A DNA stretch of 43,729 nucleotides, taken from the NCBI GenBank assembly GCA_051746405.1, contig JBNJFB010000017.1:1-43729 (forward strand), in the 5' to 3' direction. Positions 19,624 through 29,165 of this stretch are shown here, piece after piece (position 1 is the first letter of the stretch; the number at the start of each line of letters is the position of its first letter). The position numbers and the translations under genes are program-made. This DNA comes from Campylobacterota bacterium (GTDB taxonomy: Bacteria > Campylobacterota > Campylobacteria > Campylobacterales > Arcobacteraceae). Below the pieces are notes generated by a model that was given only the letters and a program-made list of their open reading frames with translations, was not told the origin of the DNA and did not search any database.

Positions 19624-20673
19624 TTAGTGTTTTAAATCTTCTAAAGTAAGAACTTCTTTGTTTTTCATTGATTTTCTATATTTGTTTTTTAAATCATCTG
19701 GTAAAGTAATTAGTCCGATTTCTCTTAAAATTCCATCTCTTCCAATCATCATTTCAGATGTAAATAAATTTACATAGTTATCCATTGCAGGAACTTTATC
19801 AAAGTGTGAGTTTTTTGTATAGAAGAACATACTTCTAGCAATAGGATATTCACCACTTGAAATTGCATCAGGCTCAGGTTCTATACCATTGATTGATGTA
19901 GCTTGTACCACATCTTTATTCTCTTCTAAGAAAGAGTAACCAAATACACCAAGTGCTTCTTTGTGTTTTGTAATTTTTTGTACAATTAAATTGTCATTTT
20001 CACCTGAATCAACAAATGCACCATCAGATCTAATTACAGAGTATTTTTTATATTTTTTATTAGCTTTTTTATCAGCTTTATAAAGGTCAGTATATACAGG
20101 CATTTTCTTGAATGTTTTTTGCATTACAAGCTCTTCAAATGAGTCTCTAGTACCTGATGATTTTGGAGGACCATATACAATAATTTCTCTATTTGGTAAT
20201 GATGGGTCAATATCAGACCATTTTTTATATGGGTTAGCAATTAATGATTTTCCATCTTTTGATGGAACTTCTTTAGCTACAGCTAATGCTAAATGCTCTT
20301 TTGAGATGTCAAATTTTTTATTATCAACTGATTGTGCAACAGCAATACCATCAAAACCTATCATCATTTCAGTAATATTTTTAACACCATTTTCATGACA
20401 CATTACAAGCTCTTTTGCTTTCATTCTTCTTGAAGCATTTGTAATATCAGGTGTATTCATACCATTACCAGCACAGAATAGTTTCATACCACCACCTGAA
20501 CCTGTTGACTCAACTACTGGAGTTGGGTATTTTGTTGTAGCACCTAATTCTTCTGCAACTGATGAAGCAAATGGATAAACTGTAGATGAACCTACGATTT
20601 TAATCTGATCTCTAGCACTTAAACTAGTTACTAATAATGCACTTGCACCTAAAGCTAAAAGTGTTTTTTTCAT
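19624..20673 (-). CDS. pstS: phosphate ABC transporter substrate-binding protein
   Basis: Signal peptide, IVGSSTVYPF, STGSGGG, NASR, SGTRDSF and YPIAR. Confidence 0.95.
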   Translation of the reverse strand: MKKTLLALGASALLVTSLSARDQIKIVGSSTVYPFASSVAEELGATTKYPTPVVESTGSGGGMKLFCAGNGMNTPDITNASRRMKAKELVMCHENGVKNITEMMIGFDGIAVAQSVDNKKFDISKEHLALAVAKEVPSKDGKSLIANPYKKWSDIDPSLPNREIIVYGPPKSSGTRDSFEELVMQKTFKKMPVYTDLYKADKKANKKYKKYSVIRSDGAFVDSGENDNLIVQKITKHKEALGVFGYSFLEENKDVVQATSINGIEPEPDAISSGEYPIARSMFFYTKNSHFDKVPAMDNYVNLFTSEMMIGRDGILREIGLITLPDDLKNKYRKSMKNKEVLTLEDLKH

Positions 20674-20707
20674 ATTTAATGTCTCCGTTTTTTGAATTTA
20701 CATTAAA

Positions 20708-20739
20708 ATTATAATAAGTCAAAGTTACATTTTGGTTAC
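20708..20739 (-). promoter_or_regulatory. candidate Pho-box promoter of pstS
   Basis: Minus strand reads GTAAC-CAAAAT-GTAAC, 10 nt, TATAAT. Confidence 0.78.
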
Positions 20740-20814
20740 TTTAAGTGTTAAATAGATTAAAAAAAGGGTTTTTTGTTTTATTTGAAAGTTATAAAAGTGA
20801 AGTAAATGAACTGT

Positions 20815-21882
20815 TTAAAGTCCATTAGCTTCAATAAGTTTAGATTGATGATTAGCAATAAGAGGATCAATTACTTCATCAAATAAACCGTCATTCATAA
20901 TTGCGTCTAATCTGTAAAGTGTTAGGTTTATTCTGTGATCACTAATTCTACCTTGTGGGTAGTTATATGTTCTTATTCTTCCACTTCTATCACCAGTTCC
21001 TACTTGTTCTTTTCTATTTGCACCCTCTGATTGCAGTTGCTCTTGCATTTGCATATCATAAAGTCTTGCTTTTAATACTTTTAGTGCTCTTTCTCTGTTT
21101 TTGTGTTGTGACTTTTGGTCTTGGTTTGTAACAACTATACCAGTTGGAACGTGTGTAATTCTAACAGCAGAATCAGTTGTATTTACAGACTGTCCACCAT
21201 TTCCACTAGCTCTCATAACATCAATTTTTAAATCATTTGGATCTAAATCAATTTCAACATCATCAACTTCAGGCATAACAGCAACTGTAATAGCTGATGT
21301 GTGAACTCTACCTTGTGATTCAGTTGCAGGTACTCTTTGAACCCTATGAGTTCCACCCTCAAACTTTAATTTTGAGTATACATGATCACCTTTTACTAAA
21401 ATTACAATCTCTTTATATCCACCTGATTCACTCTCACTGGAGTTCATTATTTCAACCTTCCAGCCATTGTTCTCTGCATACTTTAAGTAAGCTCTAAATA
21501 AATCACCAACAAAAATAGCAGCTTCATCACCACCTGTTCCAGCTCTTAATTCCAAATATATGTTTTTATCATCGTTTGGATCTTTTGGAAGCAGTAGAAG
21601 TTTTATCTCTTCTTTAATTTCAGGAAGTTTTGATTCAGCTTCTCTTAGCTCTTCTTTTGCTAATTCACCTAACTCTTCATCATAAACTAACTCTTTGTTA
21701 TCTTCAATACTTTGAACTAGTTCATTATATTCATTAGCTTTATTAACTATTGGCTCTAGGCTTGCTTGCTCTTTTGACAGACTTGTCATTTTCTTTATGT
21801 CATTAGTAATTTCAGGTGAAATTAGTAAATTAGTAATCTCATCGTATCTGTTTATAAAAGCTTGTAGTTTTTCTTGAATCAT
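20815..21882 (-). CDS. prfA: peptide chain release factor 1
   Basis: GGQ motif, RF1-type PAT tripeptide (RVPATE) and IRTYNYPQ. Confidence 0.97.
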   Translation of the reverse strand: MIQEKLQAFINRYDEITNLLISPEITNDIKKMTSLSKEQASLEPIVNKANEYNELVQSIEDNKELVYDEELGELAKEELREAESKLPEIKEEIKLLLLPKDPNDDKNIYLELRAGTGGDEAAIFVGDLFRAYLKYAENNGWKVEIMNSSESESGGYKEIVILVKGDHVYSKLKFEGGTHRVQRVPATESQGRVHTSAITVAVMPEVDDVEIDLDPNDLKIDVMRASGNGGQSVNTTDSAVRITHVPTGIVVTNQDQKSQHKNRERALKVLKARLYDMQMQEQLQSEGANRKEQVGTGDRSGRIRTYNYPQGRISDHRINLTLYRLDAIMNDGLFDEVIDPLIANHQSKLIEANGL

Positions 21883-21894
21883 ATTTTACAGCTA

Positions 21895-22155
21895 TTATAT
21901 AGCATTTACTTTTGTTTGTAATTGTGAAACTTTTCTAGATGCAGTAGTTTTCTTCAAAATACCTTTTGATACACAATGGTGAATATACTTGTTTGCAACT
22001 TTCATAGCATCAGTTGCTTTTTGCTTATCAGCAGCTTCAACAGCAGATAGTACATCTTTTGTTACATTTTTGATTCTTGTTTTGTAAAATCTGTTTCTTT
22101 CAGTTCTTACTATAGTTTGCTTAGCTCTTTTCTCAGCAGATTTGTGATTTGCCAT
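21895..22155 (-). CDS. rpsT: 30S ribosomal protein S20
   Basis: [10 protein letters not shown]...RN, KG.L...ASRK. Confidence 0.97.
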   Translation of the reverse strand: MANHKSAEKRAKQTIVRTERNRFYKTRIKNVTKDVLSAVEAADKQKATDAMKVANKYIHHCVSKGILKKTTASRKVSQLQTKVNAI

Positions 22156-22238
22156 ATTATTTAACCTCTTTATAAAATTTTTAAGGGTAGAATATTATCT
22201 AAAACAACTTAAATACAGTTTAATTTTAGGAAGATTTA

Positions 22239-23573
22239 ATGAAACTATTTGGTACAGACGGAGTAAGAGGAGAAGCTGGAAAGTTTCTTGATTCAATTAC
22301 AGTTATAAAATTAGCAATGGCTGCTGGTATCTATTTTAGAAAGCACTCTACAACAAAGAAAATATTAGTAGGTAAAGATACTAGAAGAAGTGGTTATATG
22401 ATTGAAAATGCATTAGTAAGTGGATTAACAGCAGTTGGTTATGATGTGATTCAAATAGGACCTATGCCAACTCCTGCAATTGCATATTTAACAGAGTCTA
22501 TGAGATGTGATGCTGGAATAATGATTTCAGCTTCACATAACCCATATGAAGATAATGGAATTAAGTTTTTTGATAATCATGGAAATAAACTTGGACTTAA
22601 ATGTGAAGAGAATATTGAGAAAATCTTTAATAATGAAGAATTACTAACCAAAGAGCAAGCTACAAGAAGAAATATTGGTTCATCAAAAAGAATAGATGAT
22701 GTTATAGGAAGATATATAGTTGCCATAAAAAGCTCTTTTCCAAATGAGCTAACCCTAAGTGGTTACAGAGTAGTTTTAGATTGTGCAAATGGTGCAGGAT
22801 ACAAAGTTGGACCTACTATATTAGAAGAGTTGGGTGCAGATGTAATAACTATTAACAATAAACCAAACGGATTTAATATAAATGATAATTGTGGGGCAAC
22901 TTCACCAAAGAATGTTTCAGATGCAGTTATAGAGTATAGAGCTGATTTAGGTCTATCTTTAGATGGAGATGCAGATAGGTTAGTTGTTGTTGATGAGAAT
23001 GGTGAAGTGATTCATGGAGATAAACTTATTGGAGTTATGTGTAAGTATCTACATGATGAGGGTAAACTAAAAGGCGATGGATGCGTTGCTACAATAATGT
23101 CAAATGGTGCATTAACAGATTACTTGAAAAGTTTTGGTATAAAACTGTTTAGATCAAATGTTGGAGATAAATATGTATTAGAGCTTATGAAACAAAATGG
23201 TATTAATTTTGGTGGAGAACAAAGTGGACATATAATTTTCTCAGATGTGGCAAAAACAGGTGATGGATTGGCTTCAGCACTTCAAGTTTTAGCATATGTA
23301 GTAAAAAGTAAGAAAAAAGCAAGTGAAGTTTTAAATCCATTTAAATTAGACCCTCAAGTTAAAATTAATATGAAAATATCTGAAAAAAAAGATTTGCAGA
23401 AGATAAAAGGTTATAATGAACTAATTTCAAAGTTTCATAAGCAAGGACTAAGAGAAGTAATCAGATATTCAGGAACAGAAAATAAGATTAGACTATTATT
23501 AGAAGGTAAGGATGAGGATATAGTAAATGAAGCTATGGATGAGTTAGTTTTATTTATTGAAAAAGTATTATGA
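22239..23573 (+). CDS. glmM: phosphoglucosamine mutase
   Basis: [21 protein letters not shown] and GGEQSGH. Confidence 0.97.
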   Translation: MKLFGTDGVRGEAGKFLDSITVIKLAMAAGIYFRKHSTTKKILVGKDTRRSGYMIENALVSGLTAVGYDVIQIGPMPTPAIAYLTESMRCDAGIMISASHNPYEDNGIKFFDNHGNKLGLKCEENIEKIFNNEELLTKEQATRRNIGSSKRIDDVIGRYIVAIKSSFPNELTLSGYRVVLDCANGAGYKVGPTILEELGADVITINNKPNGFNINDNCGATSPKNVSDAVIEYRADLGLSLDGDADRLVVVDENGEVIHGDKLIGVMCKYLHDEGKLKGDGCVATIMSNGALTDYLKSFGIKLFRSNVGDKYVLELMKQNGINFGGEQSGHIIFSDVAKTGDGLASALQVLAYVVKSKKKASEVLNPFKLDPQVKINMKISEKKDLQKIKGYNELISKFHKQGLREVIRYSGTENKIRLLLEGKDEDIVNEAMDELVLFIEKVL

Positions 23574-24040
23574 AAAAACGCCTAAAAATTTCATTGTTAA
23601 TTTTTGCTATAATATTTATAGTTGATCAAGCCATAAAGTATGGTTTTGTAAATTTTGATTGGAATGTAAAGGGTCCTATAATGTCACTGCATTTAGCATA
23701 TAATTATGGAGTTGCCTTTTCCATGTTTTCATTTCTTGCTGAATATTTAAAGTATATTCAACTAGCTATGGTAGTTGCAGGATTTATTTATCTATTTAAA
23801 AATAGAGATGTTTTTTATGAGTACTATGTACCTGTTGGATTACTTTTTGCAGCTGGGTTATCAAATATTTTAGATAGATTTACTTATGGGGGAGTTGTTG
23901 ATTATCTTTATTGGCACTATGGTTTTGAGTTTGCAATTTTTAATTTAGCAGATGTAATAATCAATTTATCTGTTGTTATAATTATATTTAAGCAAATAAA
24001 ACAGGCTAAAGAAGATAAAAAAACAGTAAGCTCCAATTAG
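23570..24040 (+). CDS. lspA: lipoprotein signal peptidase II
   Basis: DQAIK, N.GVAFS, SNILDR, GGVVD and FNLAD. Confidence 0.95.
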   Translation: MKKRLKISLLIFAIIFIVDQAIKYGFVNFDWNVKGPIMSLHLAYNYGVAFSMFSFLAEYLKYIQLAMVVAGFIYLFKNRDVFYEYYVPVGLLFAAGLSNILDRFTYGGVVDYLYWHYGFEFAIFNLADVIINLSVVIIIFKQIKQAKEDKKTVSSN

Positions 24041-24099
24041 AGAGCTTAAAACAAAATTAGATATAATTTTTCAAATTTTTAAAGGTATAGGAAGAGTAT

Positions 24100-25377
24100 A
24101 TGGGTCAAACAATTACAGAAAAAATTTTTAGTGAGCATATTGGAAGAGAAGTAAAAGCAGGAGAGATAGTAAGAAGTCCAATTGATATGGTTATTGGTAA
24201 TGATATTACAACTCCAATTTCAATTAAAGCTTTTGAAGATGGTGGATTTAAAAATCTTGCAAACCCAGATGGATTTGCAATAGTTTTAGATCACTTTATT
24301 CCAGCAAAAGATATAGCAAGTGCAAATCAAGCAAAAATATCAAGAGATTTTGCTATGAAACATGACTTAAAACATTTTTTTGATGAAAAAGATATGGGAA
24401 TAGAGCATGCACTGTTACCTGAAAAGGGTTTAGTATTACCAGGTGATGTTATTATTGGTGCAGATTCGCATACATGTACACATGGGGCATTGGGTGCATT
24501 TAGTACAGGTATGGGAAGTACAGATATATCTTTTGGAATGATTACAGGTGGAAATTGGTTTAAAGTTCCAGAATCAATTAAAATAGTTTTCAAGGGTAAA
24601 CCAGCTAAGCATATAACAGGAAAAGATTTAATCTTAGAGATTATTAGAATTTTAGGCGTAGATGGTGCTTTATATAAAGCCTTAGAGTTTACAGGTGATT
24701 CTATTCAATACTTAAGTATGGATGATAGATTCTCTTTATGTAATATGGCTATTGAAGCAGGTGCAAAAAATGGTATTGTTGCTTATGATGATACAACAAA
24801 AGAGTTTTTAGAAAAAGTTTCAAAAAACAATGATGGTTTAAGAGACCAGCCAAAAATTCACTATTCAGATGAAGATGCTAAATATTGTGAAGTAATTGAA
24901 ATAGATGTGGAAAGCTTAGAGCCTGTAATAGCATATCCATTTTTACCATCAAATGGGCACAGTATATCTCAAGCAGTTGCAGATGAAATTAGAGTTGACC
25001 AGGTATTTATAGGTTCATGTACAAATGGTAGATTATCAGACTTTAAAGTTGCAGCAGAGATTTTAAAAGATAAAAAAGTGGCAAGACACGTGAGACTTAT
25101 CATAACCCCAGGTACACAACAAATTTTAAGAGATGCAACAAAAGCAGGGTATATTGATATTTTAGTTGATGCAGGTGCTGTTGTATCAAATCCTACTTGT
25201 GGAGCATGTTTAGGTGGATATATGGGGATTTTAGGTGATGATGAGGTGTGTATATCCACTACAAATAGAAACTTTGTAGGAAGAATGGGAAGTAGAAGTT
25301 CAAAAATCTATTTAGCAAACAGTGCAGTTGCTGCTGCTTCTGCTATTACTGGATATATTGCTGACCCAAGAGTATAA
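24100..25377 (+). CDS. leuC: 3-isopropylmalate dehydratase large subunit (short LeuC/HacA type)
   Basis: MGQTITEKI, GADSHTCT.GA, IGSCTNGR, CGAC.G and TNRNF.GRMG. Confidence 0.9.
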   Translation: MGQTITEKIFSEHIGREVKAGEIVRSPIDMVIGNDITTPISIKAFEDGGFKNLANPDGFAIVLDHFIPAKDIASANQAKISRDFAMKHDLKHFFDEKDMGIEHALLPEKGLVLPGDVIIGADSHTCTHGALGAFSTGMGSTDISFGMITGGNWFKVPESIKIVFKGKPAKHITGKDLILEIIRILGVDGALYKALEFTGDSIQYLSMDDRFSLCNMAIEAGAKNGIVAYDDTTKEFLEKVSKNNDGLRDQPKIHYSDEDAKYCEVIEIDVESLEPVIAYPFLPSNGHSISQAVADEIRVDQVFIGSCTNGRLSDFKVAAEILKDKKVARHVRLIITPGTQQILRDATKAGYIDILVDAGAVVSNPTCGACLGGYMGILGDDEVCISTTNRNFVGRMGSRSSKIYLANSAVAAASAITGYIADPRV

Positions 25378-25380
25378 AAT

Positions 25381-25971
25381 ATGCAAAACTATCTCTTTGA
25401 AGATATAGTGTGTGTTATTTTATGCGGTGGTAAGAGTTCAAGAATGAAAAGGGATAAATCCCTTCTACCATTCTTGAAAGCTAACTCTTTAGCTCAATAT
25501 CAATTTGATAGACTTAAACCCTATTTTAAGGAAGTATATCTCTCTTCAAAAAACAATAAATTTGATTTTATTAACAATAAAAACTTGATTATAGATACAA
25601 GTGATATCTATTCACCAATTATTGCACTTAAATCAATATTTGCAAAGCTTCAAGAAAAAAAACTATTTATAATAACAGTAGATACACCTTTAGTTACTAT
25701 TGATAGTATTACTAAGCTAATAGAAAAATCAAATGGACATGATATTACAATAGCAAAAACTCAAAAAACCCATAACTTATGTGGCGTATTTAATACTAAT
25801 ATAGTAGGTGAAATTGATTATATGATAAAAAATGATATTCATAAAGTGGGATATTTAATAAAATCAGTAAACTCAAATATAGTAGATTTTGAAAATGATG
25901 ATGAGTTTATAAATCTAAATTTTTATGAACAGTATCAAGAAGCTCTTAAGAATCATAAGCTAAACAAATAA
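25381..25971 (+). CDS. mobA: molybdenum cofactor guanylyltransferase
   Basis: ILCGGKSSRM..DK, VDTP and F.NLN. Confidence 0.88.
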   Translation: MQNYLFEDIVCVILCGGKSSRMKRDKSLLPFLKANSLAQYQFDRLKPYFKEVYLSSKNNKFDFINNKNLIIDTSDIYSPIIALKSIFAKLQEKKLFIITVDTPLVTIDSITKLIEKSNGHDITIAKTQKTHNLCGVFNTNIVGEIDYMIKNDIHKVGYLIKSVNSNIVDFENDDEFINLNFYEQYQEALKNHKLNK

Positions 25972-26078
25972 TAAGTATTATTAATAAAACTTATAACATA
26001 AGTATTCTATTATTTAATATTAGGTATTCTAATAGTAAAGAAATATGATAATATATAATAATCTACAAAGGAATATTT

Positions 26079-27542
26079 ATGTCTAAAAAAGAGTTAAATG
26101 AAGCACTAGATATAGTTGATGAACAGATTAAAAAAAGTGGGTTATCTAGAAGAGATGCCTTAAAATTAGCTGGTTTAGGTTCAGCTACATTTTTACTAGA
26201 TCCAACTAATAGTGAAGCTGCAACAACTGCAAAAGCAAGTGATGCAAAAGGAAAAATCTTAATAATTGGTGGAGGTTTAGCTGGTATTTCAACAGCAGCA
26301 AGATTATCAAATGAACTTTCAAATCCAGATATAACAGTAGTAGAACCAAACCCAAAATCTGTATCATATCAAGCTGGTAATACGTTAATAGGTTCAGGTA
26401 TTTATGAAAAAAATGAGATTATGTATAATACTAAAGATTATGTTCCCTCAGGTGTAACATTAATAAAAGATAAGGCAATAGAGTTTAATCCAGAAAAGAA
26501 TCAAGTGGTTTTAGAGTCTAACAAAACATTAAATTATGATTTTTTAGTTATAGCAGCTGGATTAAAACTTGATTTTAAAAGTATAAAAGGTTTAGAGGAT
26601 GTGGGTGAAGCATACTCATTAGGAGATGGTAAAAAAATTACTGATAAGTTTGGCGACTCAGGTGTTTGTTCAATTTATAATGCTCACTCAGCAGTAGCAG
26701 CATGGGAGCAAATGCAAAAGTTTGTTCAAAAAGCAAAAACTAAAGAAGTAAATGGAGTGTTTACTCATCCAAATACATCTATAAAGTGTGGAGGGGCTCC
26801 AAAAAAGATTATGTATTTAACTAACTCTAGGTTAGAAGAAGCAAATGCTAGAAAAAATGCAAATTTAACATTCTATCCAAATGGTAGTTCTATGTTTGGA
26901 GTTAAACAGTATCATGATGCAATTGTAAAGCAGTTTGAAAAAAGAGGATTTAACTGGAACTATAAGCATAATTTAAAAGCTGTTGATATAGATAAAAAAA
27001 TAGCAACTTTTGATAAAAGATGGGAAGTAAAAGGTGAGTATGACCCTGATTTAGAAATGCATTTTATGGAGACAAAACACGAAGATGTAAATGTTTCTTT
27101 TGATTTTTTGCATATAACTCCACCTATGAAAGCACCAGATGAGATTGGAAACTCAGCACTTGGTTCATCAAAAGGATGGGTACCTGTACATAAAGAGACA
27201 CTACAACATGTAAAGTATGATAATGTATTTGCATTGGGTGATATTGCAGCTGTTCCTATGGGTAAAACAGGAGGTAGTGTAAGAAAACAGTATAAAGTTT
27301 TAGTTAATAACTTAATTTCTGCAATGGAGGGCAAAAAATTAACTTCAAAATATGAAGGTTATACTGTATGTCCTTTAATAACTGATATTGGAAAAGTTAT
27401 GTTAGCAGAGTTTAATTGGACTAAAGAACCAACTCCATCATTTCCCCTTGATCCAACTCAAGAGAGGTATATTTGGTGGTTATTAAAAGTATATATGCTA
27501 AAACCAATGACACAATATGGAATGCTTTCAGGAAGAGCATAG
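26079..27542 (+). CDS. Tat-exported sulfide:quinone oxidoreductase, type II-like (paralogue 1)
   Basis: Tat motif SRRDALK, FAD motifs IIGGGLAG and FALGD, and the catalytic Cys pair KCGGAPKK and GYTVCPLIT...MLAEF. Confidence 0.85.
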   Translation: MSKKELNEALDIVDEQIKKSGLSRRDALKLAGLGSATFLLDPTNSEAATTAKASDAKGKILIIGGGLAGISTAARLSNELSNPDITVVEPNPKSVSYQAGNTLIGSGIYEKNEIMYNTKDYVPSGVTLIKDKAIEFNPEKNQVVLESNKTLNYDFLVIAAGLKLDFKSIKGLEDVGEAYSLGDGKKITDKFGDSGVCSIYNAHSAVAAWEQMQKFVQKAKTKEVNGVFTHPNTSIKCGGAPKKIMYLTNSRLEEANARKNANLTFYPNGSSMFGVKQYHDAIVKQFEKRGFNWNYKHNLKAVDIDKKIATFDKRWEVKGEYDPDLEMHFMETKHEDVNVSFDFLHITPPMKAPDEIGNSALGSSKGWVPVHKETLQHVKYDNVFALGDIAAVPMGKTGGSVRKQYKVLVNNLISAMEGKKLTSKYEGYTVCPLITDIGKVMLAEFNWTKEPTPSFPLDPTQERYIWWLLKVYMLKPMTQYGMLSGRA

Positions 27543-27591
27543 TGCAGTTATAAACTAAACTTATAACTATTATAAATTGATTCTAATATGT

Positions 27592-27623
27592 GTAAGTATA
27601 ATGTAACTTTAGTAAGATAAAAT
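27592..27623 (+). promoter_or_regulatory. Pho-box-like direct repeat and -10 upstream of sqr paralogue 2
   Basis: GTAAG-TATAAT-GTAAC, 10 nt, TAAAAT; same geometry as the pstS and pstC promoters. Confidence 0.4.
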
Positions 27624-27688
27624 ATACTATAATGTATCAAGATAATTGATAAATTAACTATAATAATCTTAATAAAGGGGACATTAAG

Positions 27689-29143
27689 ATGGATGATAAA
27701 CTATTAGAAGAGTTTGAAAGTAGGCTCAAAAAAGAGGGTATCTCAAGAAGAGATGCCTTAAAATTAATGACAGTTGGGTCAGCTTCACTTCTTTCAACAA
27801 GTAGTGCTTATGCAAAAGAGCAACCATTAAGTAATGTAAATGCTAAAATATTAATTATTGGTGGAGGACTTGCTGGTATTTCAACTGCAGCTAGACTAGC
27901 AAATAGTTTGGAAAAACCAAATATTACAGTAGTAGAACCAAGTTCAAAATCTGTATCTTATCAGCCTGGTAACACTTTTATTGGTGCAGGTTTATATACA
28001 AAAGAAGATATACTTTACAATACAAAAGATTTTGTACCAAATGGTGTTAAGCTAATAAAAGATAAAGCAGTAGAGTTTGACCCACAAAATAATAAAGTTA
28101 AACTAAAAAAAGGTGATACTATAGAGTATGACTTTTTAGTAATTGCAGCAGGATTAGTTTTAGATTTTACAAAAATTCAAGGACTAGAAGAGCTTGATAG
28201 TATGTACACACTTCAAGACTCACAAAAAATTGTTGATTTTTTCAAAGGAACAGGTGCAAATACCATTTATAATATAAACGGTGCAGCAGAAGTTTGGAGT
28301 AATATGCAAAAATTAATAGATGATGCAAAAAAAGGCAAAAACTTAAAGTCAGTCTTTACTCATCCTCAAGGTGCAATCAAATGTGGAGGAGCTCCTAAAA
28401 AAATAGCATATCTATTAAACTCAAGATTAAATGAACAAAGCACGAAAGCAAGAGAAAATGTAGATATAGATTTCTATTCAAATAGCTCAAAAATGTTTGG
28501 TGTAGAGGCATATGAAAAAGCAATTATAAAGCAGTTCAATCAAAGAGATATGAATTTTCATTTACAACATAATCTAAAAAAAGTTGATTTAAAGAATAAG
28601 GTGGCAACTTTTGATAAAAGATGGGAAGTAAAAGGTGAGTATGATCCTGATTTAGAAATGCATTTTATGGAGACAAAACATGAAGATGTTGAAGTTCCAT
28701 ATGATTTCTTGCATGTAACTCCCCATATGAAAGCACCTGATGAAATAGGTAAATCAGATTTAGGCTCACCTAAGAGCTGGGTTCCTGTAAAAAAAGAGAC
28801 ACTGCAACATGTGAAGTATGATAATATATTTGCATTAGGTGATATTGCAGCAGTTCCTTTAGGTAAAACAGGTGGAAGTGTAAGAAAACAGTATAAAGTT
28901 TTGGCTGACAATTTAATCTCTTTAATGCAAGGCAAAGAGATGAAATCTAAATATGATGGATATACAGTATGTCCAATCATCACTGATATTGGAAAAGTAA
29001 TGTTAGCTGAGTTTGATTGGAGTATGAAACCAACTCCATCTTTCCCACTTGACCCAACTCAAGAGAGGTATATATGGTGGATATTAAAAGCATATATATT
29101 AAAACCAATGACCCAATATGGGATGCTCTCAGGCAGAATATAA
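27689..29143 (+). CDS. Tat-exported sulfide:quinone oxidoreductase, type II-like (paralogue 2)
   Basis: SRRDALK and AYA cleavage site, IIGGGLAG, KCGGAPKK and GYTVCPIIT...MLAEF. Confidence 0.85.
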   Translation: MDDKLLEEFESRLKKEGISRRDALKLMTVGSASLLSTSSAYAKEQPLSNVNAKILIIGGGLAGISTAARLANSLEKPNITVVEPSSKSVSYQPGNTFIGAGLYTKEDILYNTKDFVPNGVKLIKDKAVEFDPQNNKVKLKKGDTIEYDFLVIAAGLVLDFTKIQGLEELDSMYTLQDSQKIVDFFKGTGANTIYNINGAAEVWSNMQKLIDDAKKGKNLKSVFTHPQGAIKCGGAPKKIAYLLNSRLNEQSTKARENVDIDFYSNSSKMFGVEAYEKAIIKQFNQRDMNFHLQHNLKKVDLKNKVATFDKRWEVKGEYDPDLEMHFMETKHEDVEVPYDFLHVTPHMKAPDEIGKSDLGSPKSWVPVKKETLQHVKYDNIFALGDIAAVPLGKTGGSVRKQYKVLADNLISLMQGKEMKSKYDGYTVCPIITDIGKVMLAEFDWSMKPTPSFPLDPTQERYIWWILKAYILKPMTQYGMLSGRI

Positions 29144-29165
29144 ACTAAATTTATTAGGAGGAAGT

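Noticed and set aside
29118..29165. Upstream start of the rhodanese ORF (MGCSQ...)
   Set aside because: It begins inside sqr paralogue 2; AGGAGG and the lipoprotein signal support ATG 29166.
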